Source: Octopus sinensis (Eukaryota). Taken from it: a stretch of 64,000 nucleotides of DNA. Below, piece by piece: positions 27,306-42,922 of this stretch. The stretch covers positions 1 through 64,000 of the forward strand of contig NW_021832532.1 of NCBI RefSeq assembly GCF_006345805.1, written 5' to 3'. The notes below the pieces were generated by a model. That model did no database searches, was not told the DNA's origin, and saw only the letters and a program-made list of their open reading frames with translations. Numbering within the stretch: the stretch's first letter is position 1; each line of letters begins with the position of its first letter. The translations under genes and the position numbers were made by a program.

Positions 27306-27549
27306 TTTGAACTCTGACATTAACAATGATTTTGATGGTATGTATCATAAAAATATCAACGCTGCACCAAAAACTCTTTACAACTTTGATGATGACACAA
27401 CATATTCAATACAAGCAGACAACTCCAAATCAGATTTGGACAGTGTTATCAAAGAACGTGATGCAGAAATGAACAAGATAAACAATGATTCTACAGTTCT
27501 TTATGGTAATTCAGATCATGAATCAGATGTTGAAGCTACTGAAGTATAA
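27306..27549 (+). CDS. Cadherin gene 1 last coding exon: LNSDINNDFDG...SDHESDVEATEV* (CDHR2/Cad87A-like cadherin)
   Basis: TAG acceptor at 27303-05, in frame with ORF 27292..27549; acidic tail ending in class I PDZ ligand T-E-V; AATAAA at 27592 and about 28010. Confidence 0.85.
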
Positions 27550-27720
27550 CAAGCTAAATATTATATTTACTTGTGAATGTAAAAGAAAATTAATAAATCC
27601 TATCAATAGTTAATGTTTTTGATTTTGAACATTTCATCCAAATCAAACACATATTGGATAAATATATTCGTGCATTTGTATGTGTATATTTTGTGTGTGA
27701 ATATCTGTGCATATATATGC

Positions 27721-27762
<42 letters not shown>

Positions 27763-27911
27763 ATGTATATACCCATTCATATATATATATACATATATGT
27801 ATGTATATAAATATATATATGTATGTATATATATATGTATGAATATATATATATATGTTACATATATATGTGTGTGTGTATATATATATATGTATATATA
27901 TGTATGTGTGT

Positions 27912-27955
<44 letters not shown>

Positions 27956-29484
27956 ATATATATATATATACACACACACACATATATATGATTTTTTGTT
28001 ATAATATCAAATAAAATTGTAATTATAATTATTCAAAAGCTTTTCGTAGTTGTTAAAATATCTTTAAATAGTGTAATATATTGAAGTTATTCAACCTTTA
28101 AGTCAACATCTTATCCTGAGAGACAAGCATGACTTTTTTAGCTATGTGTTATTTTAAGTTTATCATGGAATTGTCTACTATACAATGGCCCAAACAGGCT
28201 GAACTTCATCTGTATCAGTTCCCTTGTCAAAGCTGACTGAGAAGGAAATGTACTTTGTTCTAAACAGTTACAAGTTATCTTGAGGCTGTTTTGAAGATCT
28301 GAACTGAGAATTGCAAGCTAAAAGAGCTCTTAATATTAATTACTTAATATTATTCTTACTTACTATGATGTACTGTAATAACGCCATAATACCAGTTTCT
28401 AAATAAAATGACTAAGTCAGCCATTTACAGGTTAATAATCTTGGCAATATATATGGCTGGTGATGGTATATTAATTATCAGTCTTTTGATAGATAGTCTA
28501 ACACATTATAGACTCAGCAAAGCAGCATTTTTTATATCAGCAGTGTAAAGAACTGATAAGTATTTTGATTGCGTGTTAAGTTTGTAAATAGAATATATAA
28601 CAAAAATTTTTATATATCCTGAAAATTGTTTCAAAAATAAATTTATTTAAAAAAAAGTAACTATGTATTCTATCATTATTATTGTTTTTATTCATATATC
28701 ACTGATAAATCAGTATACACAGCTACATAGAGTTTGCAGAAGAGGAAGACACAGAAAGACTTGGAATAAATTAGTAAAGGTTGACTTTAGGATTTTGGTC
28801 CTCGTGGATGAGATAACCAAGAGCTGAGATTACTGGCAGAGCACAGTACTCAATAAGACCTGTCCATCATGGTGAGACTGAAGTTCTAGAACACAATGTG
28901 TATATACAACTGGGTCCCTTGCCGATGAGTCATTGTCAAGCCTTCCCTATCACCTACTGTCTGCCAGTAGAGAAGGAAAGAGTAAGGAATGCACGGTGTT
29001 GACTAGAAAAGAAGAAAGGATAAAGATGGCATCGTCTTTCTTGCTGCTGAAATCTTCTCTTTTGTGTCAGCTATGACCAAGGAGTAACACTTTCCCTTTG
29101 CTGGACATATGAATAGAACAGAGTAAGGACATTTAGCAAAGATGACTCAGAAGTTGTTCTTTGATTATTATCCCAAACAGCAATAGCTTTCTTCAACTGA
29201 ATACATGTTGATTGGTTAAAATTACCTAAATACGACAACTTTAAGATGAAATAACTTCTAAAATGCAAAATTTTGCAAAAAATGTTGAAAGTAAACCGTA
29301 TTCAGCATGAGAAATTACACCAGTATATGAAGTTTCAAACTGTTTAGTTGGAAAAAAATAATTTTAAAAATCTGTGAGCGAAACTGAATAGATCCCCACT
29401 TCTTTCAGTATTTAAATGGTTTTTTTTTCAATGAAATTTTATAGAAATACCTTGCAAATGGCATACATCACAATTATAAAGAAA

Positions 29485-30350
29485 CTAGCTGAAGGTGACC
29501 CGCTCTACATGTGGGTGAGTGTGTGGTTGTTATTTTCTGTTTCTTATCACCACATTCTCCCTCTTTGTTTCTCTCTCCTTTCTTCTCTCACTTTCCCACT
29601 CTCTTACTCTTCCTTTCTCTCAGACTCTCCCTCGCTTTCTCTTACTCTCTATCTTTCTCCATCTATCTCTCTCCCATTTATAAAGAACAAAAGATCTTGA
29701 GTAAGTTGAGAAAGAAAATATTTTGAAAGATCAATCATAACTATCAGGTACTGACAACGGAAATATCTGTTTCAAGGCAGACAGCAAAACATTAACATTT
29801 AAAAGGGACAGATGAACTTGCAAGCTGAATAAAAATTTTAAAAACCAAAATTTGAAGGGATAGAATCTGAGGATAGTAGACTTGCCATGGCTGGCTTTCC
29901 TTAACGACGGACAGCAACGTACTGGCAGTTTCATGGCTGGCAGAACTTGATGTAAAAGAAAATTCCTAAACAATAAATTTTGAAGTGATTCTTTCTCACA
30001 ACAGTAGACTCACCATGGCAGGCATTCAAAACTTCTTCATGACAGACGGCAACACATTGACGATTAAAAGGCTGGCACAAATTTTTTAGCTTGATGTAAC
30101 AGAGAATTCCTAAACAGCTGCTCTTGTAAATTTTATTCCCCTTCCAGCCCCATTTAGACCCCTTTACACATTTTGGTTAATATAACACGATTTCATTTGG
30201 GTCTACTTGGGCCACATTTTAAAAGATGAGGTATTTTGTTCTAGAGGTCATGCCTTTCATTTCAGGAAAAAAATAGTTGCCATGCAAACTCGCCAGCACT
30301 TTTAACATAGGTGTGCATATTTTCAGCTCAACCGACCACATAATGCACAC

Positions 30351-30355
<5 letters not shown>
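29485..30355 (-). mobile_element. Helitron-like non-autonomous element
   Basis: Terminal CTAG at 29485 next to a hairpin acccgc...gtgggt (29498-29516); other end approximate, in a (TA)n tract. Confidence 0.45.
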
Positions 30356-30412
<57 letters not shown>

Positions 30413-30656
30413 TATATATATATACGCATTAAATATACATATGTACATATATGTGCATTATATGTGTGTGTGTATGCATTATATATATAAATGTATACAA
30501 ATTATATATATATACATATATACACACACACTCATACACATGTATATATATATATATATAAATAGAGATATATATACACTTTATATGTATACATTATATA
30601 TAGATACACACACACACACATATATAAATTAACCCAATAAATATCTGATTCATAAT

Positions 30657-31150
30657 ATAATATTTGTTCTCATGTTTGTGTGGTGGTGGTGGCGATAATA
30701 ATTTTCTCTATGAATGCAGACAGATGTACAGAGAGAGAGAGAGTGAGGTGGGAGAAAGAGTGACAGAGCTGGTGAAGGTGGCGGGCGAAAGAGAGCGGAA
30801 GCTGTCAAATGTCGTTATAGATCAAATGTGGAGGGAAGGGAAGAAAGAGAGAGAGAGAGAGACAGAGGAAGAGAGGCAGATATGTGAAACAGAGAAACGA
30901 CTATTCATAATATTTGTTCTCATGATTGTGTGGTGGTAGTGGCGATAATAATTCTCTCTATGAATGCAGACAGACGTAGAGAGAGAGAGTGAAAGAATGT
31001 GGAAGAAAGAGTGACAGCGCTGGCAAAGACGGCGGGGGGAAGATAGTAGAAGCTGTCACATGCCGTTATAGAGAGAAAGTGAAGGGAAGGGAGGAAAGAG
31101 AGAGAGAGACGGAGGAAGACAGGCAGATAGGAGAAAGGGAGAAACGACAA
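30657..31150. repeat. Tandem duplication of an approximately 250-bp purine-rich unit
   Basis: ataatatttgttctcatg.ttgtgtggtggt.gtggcgataataatt.tctctatgaatgcagacaga at about 30657 and 30907. Confidence 0.85.
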
Positions 31151-32379
31151 ACACTTGTCAAAGTGCGGGTTCTTTTCCCCTAGTAACCACAGCTTTTGAG
31201 CTAGGGATTTCTAACCTAGCCCACTCACATTCACGCCTCTTTTTACATGTCCCTGTAAATTTTGGAGCGAATCTGGCGGGATCTAGTGCTCTTTAACCCG
31301 TTCCAATGCCAAAACCAGACAAACAAACAGACTTTTCGCATTTCAGATTTATAGATATTGATTTGTGGAGAAAATTGTTTCCAAGGGAGTGGGTAGAGGA
31401 TTTCAGAAAATTCACAAGTTCTGAATTTTTCCTTGTTATATTCCGAAATCACATTCAACTATCTACAGATATCCTAGTGTAGTACTACTACACTACGAAG
31501 TATTTTTTCTACCCACTTTCAATAAGTCTTAATGTTTTGGCTTCATTTTTGTTTCATTTTATCCTCAATTATTTTTACGCTTTTTTTAACCCGTCTGTCA
31601 TTATTCTCCATTCACTAGTTATTACTTTCTCTCTCTCTCTCTGTTTATATATATAGATAAATATATATATATATAAATACGTATGTACATACACACATAC
31701 ATACACACACACATACATACATACATACATACATACATACATACATACATACATACATACATACATACGCACATACATACATACGCACAATAGTAAAACT
31801 TTAGTTCTGTGATATAGAGATAAAAATCTGATACTAGATTTTAGGGTATAGTTTTGGGAGCAAGTGTCATAAATTCACTTTCTAGCTTCGGCCGTAGGAA
31901 GTTGAAATTTGATAGCGTTGTGATGAGTGGTCACTCTACGTCCATCCATCGCTACAGGTTTATAGCTTTATGTTTTATAGAGTGTATGTGCGTGCATATA
32001 CACACACATACATATATACATACATACATACATACATACATACATACATACATACATACATACATACATACACAGGCGTATGTGCGTACATACATACGTA
32101 CATACATACACACATGTATGCATACATACACACATACATACGTACATATATATGACGAACTAAATGTTACTTTCTTAGATGCAGCACGGACTTTGTCAGT
32201 GAACAGGTCGCGGATTTTAGCGACGAAAATATTTTGATAAATTAAACTTAAATGTTGAAGTGAATCGAACGGCTTTTGTGTGTTTCTTAAATGGCTTATA
32301 AACACCTTCCACGCTGCAATTGTTTTCGTTTCAGCACACGATCTCGGATCAAATTACTTGCTATGCGAGTACATCTCCG

Positions 32380-32418
<39 letters not shown>

Positions 32419-32422
<4 letters not shown>

Positions 32423-32591
32423 AACAATTCATAATTAAGGGCAAACGAAAAAATTTCTAATGCCAGATATGCCGAAAAATTGGACATATTGTCCATTAAC
32501 CATATAATTTTTTTAGGACAATACGTCCAATTTTTCGGCACATCTGGTATTAGAAACTTTTTCGTTTGCCCTTAATTATGAATTGTTTATA
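32419..32591. repeat. Near-perfect inverted repeat, about 76-bp arms and 21-nt spacer
   Basis: 32419-32494 is the reverse complement of 32516-32591 with 4 mismatches. Confidence 0.92.
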
Positions 32592-32689
32592 GCTTTAACC
32601 TTTAAAGGTATTTTTTGATATGCTGGCCATTGATAAAATTTTGGGGGAAAAGAATATTTTTTTTTCGAAAAAAATTTTATCCTTCATTA

Positions 32690-35062
<2,373 letters not shown>

Positions 35063-35114
35063 GATATATATATATTATATATATATATTATATATACATA
35101 TATATATAGTATAT

Positions 35115-35149
<35 letters not shown>

Positions 35150-35157
35150 GCATATAT

Positions 35158-35540
35158 GTGGAGGCGCAATGGCCCAGTGGTTAGGGCAGCGGACTCGCGG
35201 TCATAGGATCGGGTTTCGATTCCCAGACCAAGCGTTGTGAGTGTTTATTGAGAGAAAACACCTAAAGCTCCACGAGGCTCCGGCAGGGATGGTGGTGATC
35301 CCTGCTGTACTCTTTCACCACAACTTTCTCTCACTCTTACTTCCTGTTTCTGTTGTACCTGTATTTCAAAGGGCCGGCCTTGTCACTCTCTGTGTCACGC
35401 TGAATATCCCCGAGAACTACGTTAAGGGTACACGTGTCTGTGGAGTGCTCAGCCACTTACCGTTAATTTCACAGCAGGCTGTTCCGTTGATTCGGATCAA
35501 CCGGAACCCTCATCGTCGTACTGACGGAGTGCTTCCATCC
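35158..35540 (+). mobile_element. tRNA-derived SINE (family B)
   Basis: A box tggcccagtgg and B box gtttcgattcc; inverted copy at 38703-39082, partial copy at 41765-41965. Confidence 0.85.
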
Positions 35541-35619
35541 ATATATATATATATATATATATATATACACTCACACACATGGATATATGCCATTTAGCAT
35601 AGTTGTTTGTACACAGGAG

Positions 35620-36320
35620 TCATGCAATCTGCCTTTCACTCTGAGGTAGTAGCTCTGAACTTCATCCTACCTATTCTTATTCGAGCTGGTGTACTTTCGG
35701 AACAACCACCCAGCTAATAACTTGGTCACCTAAGTAACAGAAACTGTCTGCCATTTCTGAGTATCATCCCTGACATTTGAAGGAGTGTGTTTTATGTACA
35801 TTCTTGACATATTCCACATGTAAAGACTACTTTCTGTTAGTCTTCCAGTGGTACTGCTGCACCTCTTATGTGTCCATAGCTTGTACTGAGTGCACTGCAT
35901 GGAGTTTCTCTTGACACCTTTTTTAAATCTCGAGCAGGGCCATCTACCGGAAGGGATCTGTGATTTTCCTACTTATCAATACTTTAGTCTTTGTTAAATT
36001 AGCTCTAAGGCCCTTTGATTCCAGACTGTGCTTCCATACCCGCAATATCTTCTCTACTTTTGATAGTGATTCAGCAATAAGAACAAGGTCATCCGTATAT
36101 AGAAGCTCCCAAAGGCAGCTAGTCTTAAATTCCACACTTATAGCCTGGAGGACTATGACAAACAAGAAGGAGCTAAAAACTGATCTCTGGTGAACTCCTT
36201 CTTGTACAGTAAGCTCCTATACTCATTGGTGTTTCTCACTTAATTGACAACATCCCTGTATATGGCTTGTACAGCTCTCACCAACCACTCATCTATCCCT
36301 AGCTTCCACATTATCTCCAG
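35620..36320 (-). mobile_element. Degenerate copy of the RTE-PHD LINE
   Basis: ORF 35944..36165 (WELLYTDDLVLIAES...GLRANLTKTKVL) is homologous to 33320..34093. Confidence 0.85.
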
Positions 36321-37258
36321 CTAAGGAAGCAGGATACCTAGATGATATTTTTCACCAAGATATTACAACTGTATCTGATTTTTCAAGTGCTTCAATTGTG
36401 TGTATATACATATATATTTACTAGATTGCTGACATTTATCAATGATTGTTCTGTTGTACTGATGGGCCATTTCCTGTCATTAATGAAACTGTCAGCATTC
36501 TTGTTGACATAGGTATGCTAGTGAAATAAGAAAACATACCTGGGTTTTCAACCATTGTGTTACATTCTATTTTAGACAGCTTTATCTAACTTCCTTTTAG
36601 ATCTTTCTACATTCCAATCTAATGATTCATAATCATTTCAAATAAATAAAATCCTATATCTTGATTTATATCAATACTCAGCAATTGAAGTAAACCTGCG
36701 TTCTGATATGTATACTCTGATAGATCAGTCTAAATATCTATATGAGCGAATATATAAATGCAGTCAATGATAAAAAGTGACTGAGGTATTCACACACACA
36801 TACACACAAAGAGTCTGACCAAACTTTGTGGACTGACTCTCACTACTAAGTTCAGATGGGGAGAAAAGGCTTGTGGTGGTGAGGCTCAGTCTATGTAGCC
36901 ACTTGAGAGTGTGCCACTCTTTCACATGAACTTTGGACATGAAAATCTGCCATCATATCTTTATCGTTATCATCGTCGTCATCATCATTTAATGTCCATG
37001 TTGGCATGTGTTAGCTGGTTTGACTAGAGCTGGTAAGCCGGAGAGTTGCACCAGGTTCCAGTTTATTTTGGCTTGGTTTCATTAGACAGAAGTTTATTTA
37101 TATATCCATTTTTATTCAGGATATATTTACTGCACTTGTTCTTATTGGTATTATTACTATTTTTAATCATATCATTACTACTTACAAATAAATTGGATAC
37201 ATTGTTACTATTAGATTCACCCACTTCCTTGTTAATCATTCTTCCATTATTATAATTA

Positions 37259-38522
37259 CTGGGTTGGCAACTAATTTTCTGCCGTTTTTTTTTTTTTAAT
37301 TTAAATTTTTTAAAAGGTTTAGTAAAAAATTACAACTAATAAATCGATTATGCACTGACACTTTTTGTTTGCACTTTCTTCCCATAGTTCAACAAGATTT
37401 TCAATACCTCACTAGTAGAAATCACCCGATTTTGATTAGAAATATTGATCCAACCAAGCTCTTAATTCTGCATCAGTATTGAATAAAATTCTGCACATAA
37501 CACTTGAAAGAGATCAAAAGAGGTGAAAATCCGTTGGCACAAAATCAGGAGAGTACGGCAGGTGTGGAAGCACTTCCCAGCCATGTGTTTGAATGGCTTC
37601 CTTGATCATATTGGCGATATGAGGGCGGGCATTGTCATGCAACAGAAGAACTCCATGCTGCCAATTAAGTCTTTTCTCTTGAATAGCCATGTTAAGTTGT
37701 TCCATCTGTTGAACATAGAGTTCTGTATTGACTGTTTGGTTCCATTCAAGCAATTCGTAATGGATAATCCCTTTCCAGTCCCACCATACGCACAACATCG
37801 TTTTACGCAGATGAAGATCTTGTTTCATGCGCGTTGTCGCATATTTACCGGGGCTAAGCCATTCCTTACACTGCTTCATATTGATGTACAGGCACCATTT
37901 TTTATCACCAGTAATGATTCGGTAAAGAAATCATTGCTTGTGTCCATGAGTTGAGTGGTGACGAGCAAGCAAACCAGCAGAGATAGTGGCTTGTTGATTT
38001 TTGTTGTTGTCACTTAAAGCATGCAGAACCTATCCTCCATACTCCTGAACTTTCCCATCGAGTGAAGACGCTTCTCTATAGCAGTGTGGGAGCATTCCAT
38101 TTTCTCTGCCAGTTCCTTTGTCATTTGACGAGAATTTTCGTGCAAAAGTTGGTTTAATCACTCTTCATCTAACTCAACTGGATGGCCAGATCAAGGTGTG
38201 TCTTTGAGGTTAAAATTTCCATTTTTGAACTTGGCATGCCAATCACGAGCGGTTCTTTCAGCTATGGCAGCCTCTCCATACATAGCACAAATGTCACAAG
38301 CAGCTTTTGTGGCCTTAGAACCTTGATTAAAAGCAAAAAGAGGTGTCAAAAAGGCTCGATTTTCTTGATGTTCCATTTTAATGATCTCAAAATAAACAAA
38401 AATTAACTAAAATTAACGAGAAAAAGGAACAAAAGAGATTCCAAATTGATTCAAAAATAGTATTCTCGAAAAAAATAAATTCCAAAATTAGAAAAAACTG
38501 CGGGAACTGGTTGCCAACTCAA
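37259..38522 (-). mobile_element. Full-length mariner element, degenerate transposase
   Basis: TA-flanked TIRs ctgggttggcaact / ggttgccaactcaa; ITGDKKW, MLCVWWD, LHDNARPH, YSPDFVPTDFHLF. Confidence 0.92.
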
Positions 38523-38660
38523 TAGATTTAGCGGAGTTCCCATTCTTATTACAATATACTATTTCAGTATCCTGCATTTTAAGGGCTTCATATTTATGTA
38601 TATATATGTGTGTGTGTGTGTATATATAAGCATGCATGTATGTGTATATAAATATATGTG

Positions 38661-38694
<34 letters not shown>

Positions 38695-38702
38695 GTATTT
38701 GT

Positions 38703-39082
38703 TGGCACTCCATTGGTTATGATGACGAGGGTTCCAGCTGATTCGATCGACAGAACAGCCTGCTCATAAAATTAACATGCAAGTGGCTGAGCACTCCACA
38801 GACATGTGTACCCTTAATGTAGTTCTTGGGGATATTCAGGATGACACAGTGTGACAAGGCTGGCCCCTTTGAATTACTGGCACAACAGAAACATGAAATA
38901 AATGTGAGAGAAAGTTGTGGTGAAAGAGTACTGCAGGTTCGCCACCATCCCCTGAGGGAACCTTGTAGAGCTTTCGGTGTGTTTTTGCTCAATAAACACT
39001 CACGACGCCCAATCTGGAAATTGAAACCGCGATCCTATGACCGCAAATCCGCTGACCTAACCACTGGGCCATTGCGCCTCCA
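38703..39082 (-). mobile_element. tRNA-derived SINE (family B)
   Basis: Reverse complement of 35158-35540. Confidence 0.85.
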
Positions 39083-39176
39083 CATATATAGATGTAGATA
39101 TATGTATATAGCGGTGGTGCTCCAGAATGGCCGCGGCCTTCGGGCTAAAACATATTTTGAGATTTAAGGATTTAAG

Positions 39177-39249
<73 letters not shown>

Positions 39250-39269
39250 GTATGTATATATATATCCTC

Positions 39270-40620
39270 CTCATCATCATCATCATTTAACGTCTACTTT
39301 CCATGCTGGCATGGGTTGGACGGTTTGACTGTGGATGGGCTACCCAGATGGCTGCGTCAAGCTCCAATCTGATCTGGCAGAGTTTCTACAGCTGGATGCC
39401 CTTCCTAACGCCAACCACTCTGAGGGTGTAGTGGGTGCTTTTATGTGCCACCAGCACAAGGGCCAGTCAGACGGTACTGGCAACAGTCACGCTCAAATGA
39501 TGTTTTTTATGTGCCACCTACACAGGAGCCCGTCCAGCGGCAATGACCTCTTTCGAATGTTGTCTTTCACCTGCCACTGGCACAAGTGCCAGTAAGGCGA
39601 CGCTGGTAACGATCACACTTGAATGGTGCTTTTTATGTTCCAGCTGCCCTGGCAACCATCACACTCGTATGGTGCTCTTAATATTTCACTAGCACAGATG
39701 CCAGTCAGGCAGTGCTGTCATCGGCCACATCAGTGATTTTGATTTTGATTTCACTAGCCTCAACAGTTCTTCGCAAGCAGAGTTTAGTGTCCAATGAAAG
39801 AAAGGTATGCATAAGTGGGCTGGTACACCCCTGGCATAAGCCACGGGTTATGGTCTCACTTGGCTTGCTGGGTTTCTCTCACACACTGTCTTGCAATACG
39901 AAATACCTCAAGTCTTTGGTTCTCACGGCGCAGAACATTGGCAAATTTTTTCTTATCTGCTTCCCCTCTGGCTAAATAAACCTGTATCGTAGCTTCCTTT
40001 CTGGCAGTCTGATACAATTCCCTGCTACCACCGTTGAAGTCACCAGCCACAAAGAGAAGGTCCCTGTCATTTGTCAACAAGGTAGTCTGCAAGAGGCTGT
40101 CATAAACTTGGTCTTTCTGTCAATCAGGTAGCCCTGGCTGAGGGGAATAGGCCCAGATAATGGTTGCTAACCTATGATGAAGCACTAATCTAATCTGTAT
40201 TTTGCCCATAAAATCTTGTACCTGTGTTCTTTGCCTGTGAGGAACGTAGTAGAACCTCCTCTCTACTTTACTTCTAGGAGGCAACACATATCGACACATC
40301 TCTGTTCAAGCATCTCAACAATCTCACCAGACCTACCTTTCAGTGTACTGATGTTGAGAGTGCTAACCCTGAGGGTGTGGGAGGTGTGGGCCTGTGAGAC
40401 TCTGGAACAGGGGACAGCAGTGTCATGTACCTGAAAAGAAAGCTCGCATTTGGCAAAATTCATAAACAAACAATAGCCTTCAATTCAACCTGCATACACT
40501 ACACCATCATATTTATGCACTATATGATCACTACCTTACACAGGAGATAAGCCCTAAGTAGGGGTGGATGGTGTAAAGCCTTTAGAAATGTTCATGGGAG
40601 ACAACCAAAGGATGACAAAG
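39270..40620 (-). mobile_element. Internally deleted RTE-like LINE (APE endonuclease start plus 3' UTR)
   Basis: TLRVSTLNISTLKGR...VDMCCLLEV, FVAGDFNG; family 3' UTR and (GAT)n tail at 39270-39870; RT missing. Confidence 0.8.
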
Positions 40621-41974
40621 GATAGGAACTTCTGGTACAGGTGGAAGGGGTGGGAGGGCCCTGATACTGTGAACTAGCAAATTTAGACCATATGTATTCT
40701 TTCAGCAGAGGTATTAAAAAATTGAGTCGGGGAATCTGAGTGCATTTGCTAGTTTATATAGGGTGGGGTGGGGCTAGAGGAGGGAGTCTTGGTGAAGCGA
40801 GTGGTAATCGAAAGAGAGAGAGACAGACAGAGTGAGGCTGAGAGAAAGAGAGAGATACAGACTGAGGCCGAGAGAGAGAGAGAGGGCACCAGGGTTAAAG
40901 TGGTCAGAACACGAGGGAGACAAATATTCTTTTGGGATTTGGGTAGCATAATTTAATGAAACAACAAATATTGATAATAGTAAAATAAAGTTGAAAAATC
41001 TTAGAGTTTTCGGTCAACCAATCTATGACAAAATTAGAGAAATAAGTGACTGTGTGAGAAACTTGAATAAATGAATATGTTGTGGTTAAGGAAATGCGTG
41101 AACTAAGGTTATCTTAAGACAACAACAAGGAAGATGAAACTTTTGAAACTATATTTACATGTTGACATGGTAATGAAATAGACAGAATAATGAAAAGAAC
41201 TAATAAGGGGCTTATGATCTGTGCAGAAATAGAAGAGTAGATGAACGAGGTTGAAAAGACAAAAATTCTTATCTGAGCAACTTCTGAGATTTGTATACTT
41301 CAGCAGAGGTATTAAAATTCGAGTAGGGGGAATCCGAGTGTGTGCGCTAGTTTATATATGGTGGTGGTAGTGGTAGTGTAGGAAGTCTTGACGAAGCGAC
41401 ATGACAGTTTTAATGGAGATAAAGCTCCAATATATAGTACAACTGTTTTTTCCCTCATATATGAACCAAAGATTAAGAAATTTTAACCAACTGAAATTTC
41501 ACCATATAGTACCTTACTGGATTTTACCATGAGAAAGGAACCCTAAGGAAGGAAATATTTTTATACAGGGAGTTGAATTTGGATTAGTTCTTAGAGTCCC
41601 TTAAAACTTTTCTGAAACCGCTATAGGTTTGGACTGATCCTCCCAATCGCCTCCTTTAATCTATTCTAACTATACTTTATACTTTCATGGTACTCCTTAT
41701 ATACTTTTTATGTTTTTTTATTTTTTATGTTTATATTCTTATATTTCTATCTTCTTATCATACAACCCTGCTGTACCCTTTCACCACATCTTTCTCTCAC
41801 TCATTCTTCCTGTTTCTGTTGTACCTGTATTTCAAAGAGCCAGCCTTGTCACACTCTGTGTCACACTGAATCTCCCTGAGAACTACGTTAAGGGTACACA
41901 TGTACAGGCTGTTCCGTTGATCGGATTAACTGGAACCCTCAACGTCATTATCGACTGAGTGCCAACCACCATAT

Positions 41975-42922
41975 CATCATCATAATCATCATCATCGTTT
42001 AGCGTCCGTTTTCCATGCTAGCATGGGTTGGACGGTTCTACTGGGGTCTGTGAAGCCAGAAGGCTTCATCAGGCCCAGTCAAATCTGGCAGTGTTTCTAC
42101 GGCTGGATGCCCTTCCTAACGCCAACCACTCCGTGAGTGTAGTGGGTGCTTTTTACGTGCCACCCGCACAGGTGCCAGACAGAGCTGGCAAACGGCCACG
42201 AACGGATGGTGCTTTTTATGTGCCACCGGCACAAGGGCCAGGCGAGGCTGGCAACGGACACGAAACGGGGCGGTGCTGGCAACGGTCGCGAAACGGAAGG
42301 TTCTCTTACATGCCACCGGCACTGGTAACACATCTGCAATTTCCATTGATCGATTTCCATTCTGATCCTCACTTGCCTCAACGGGTCTTCACAAGTAGAG
42401 TTTCGACATGCCACCGGCACTGGTAACACATCTGCAATTTCCATTGATCGATTTCCATTCTGATCCTCACTTGCCTCAACGGGTCTTCACAAGTAGAGTA
42501 TTGACATGCCACCGGCACTGGTAACACATCTGCAATTTCCATTGATCGATATCGATTCTGATCCTCACTTGCCTCAACAAGGTCTTCACAAGTAGAGTTT
42601 TGTGTCCCAAGAAGGGAAGGTATGCATACGTAGGCTGGCTCCATCCCAAGTAGAAGGCCACGGGTTATGGACTCACTTGTCCTGCCGGGTCTTCTCGCGC
42701 ACAGCACACTTCCAGAGGACTCGGTCTCTAGTCATTTCCTCAGTGAGACCTAAAGTTCGAAGGTCGTGCTTCACCACCTCGTCCCAGGTTTTCTTGGGTC
42801 TGCCTCTTCCACAGGTTCCCTCAACCGCTAGGGTGTGGCACTTTTTCACACAACTATCTTCATCTATTCTCGCCACATGACCATACCAGCGCAATCGTCT
42901 CTCTTGCACACCACAACTGATG
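41975..42922 (-). mobile_element. RTE-like LINE 3' end with triplicated 98-bp unit
   Basis: ORF end QERRLRWYGHVAR...GRGRPKKTW; unit repeated at about 42308, 42406 and 42504. Confidence 0.88.

Noticed and set aside
35158-35235. tRNA gene
   Set aside because: A and B boxes are present, but the sequence continues into a repeated SINE body with several copies in the window.
36455-36500. Additional hammerhead (ctgatgg...gaaactgtc)
   Set aside because: Core is mutated and stems I and II do not pair convincingly.
42308-42600. CRISPR-like repeat array
   Set aside because: Units are contiguous with no unique spacers and sit in a LINE 3' UTR of a eukaryotic genome.
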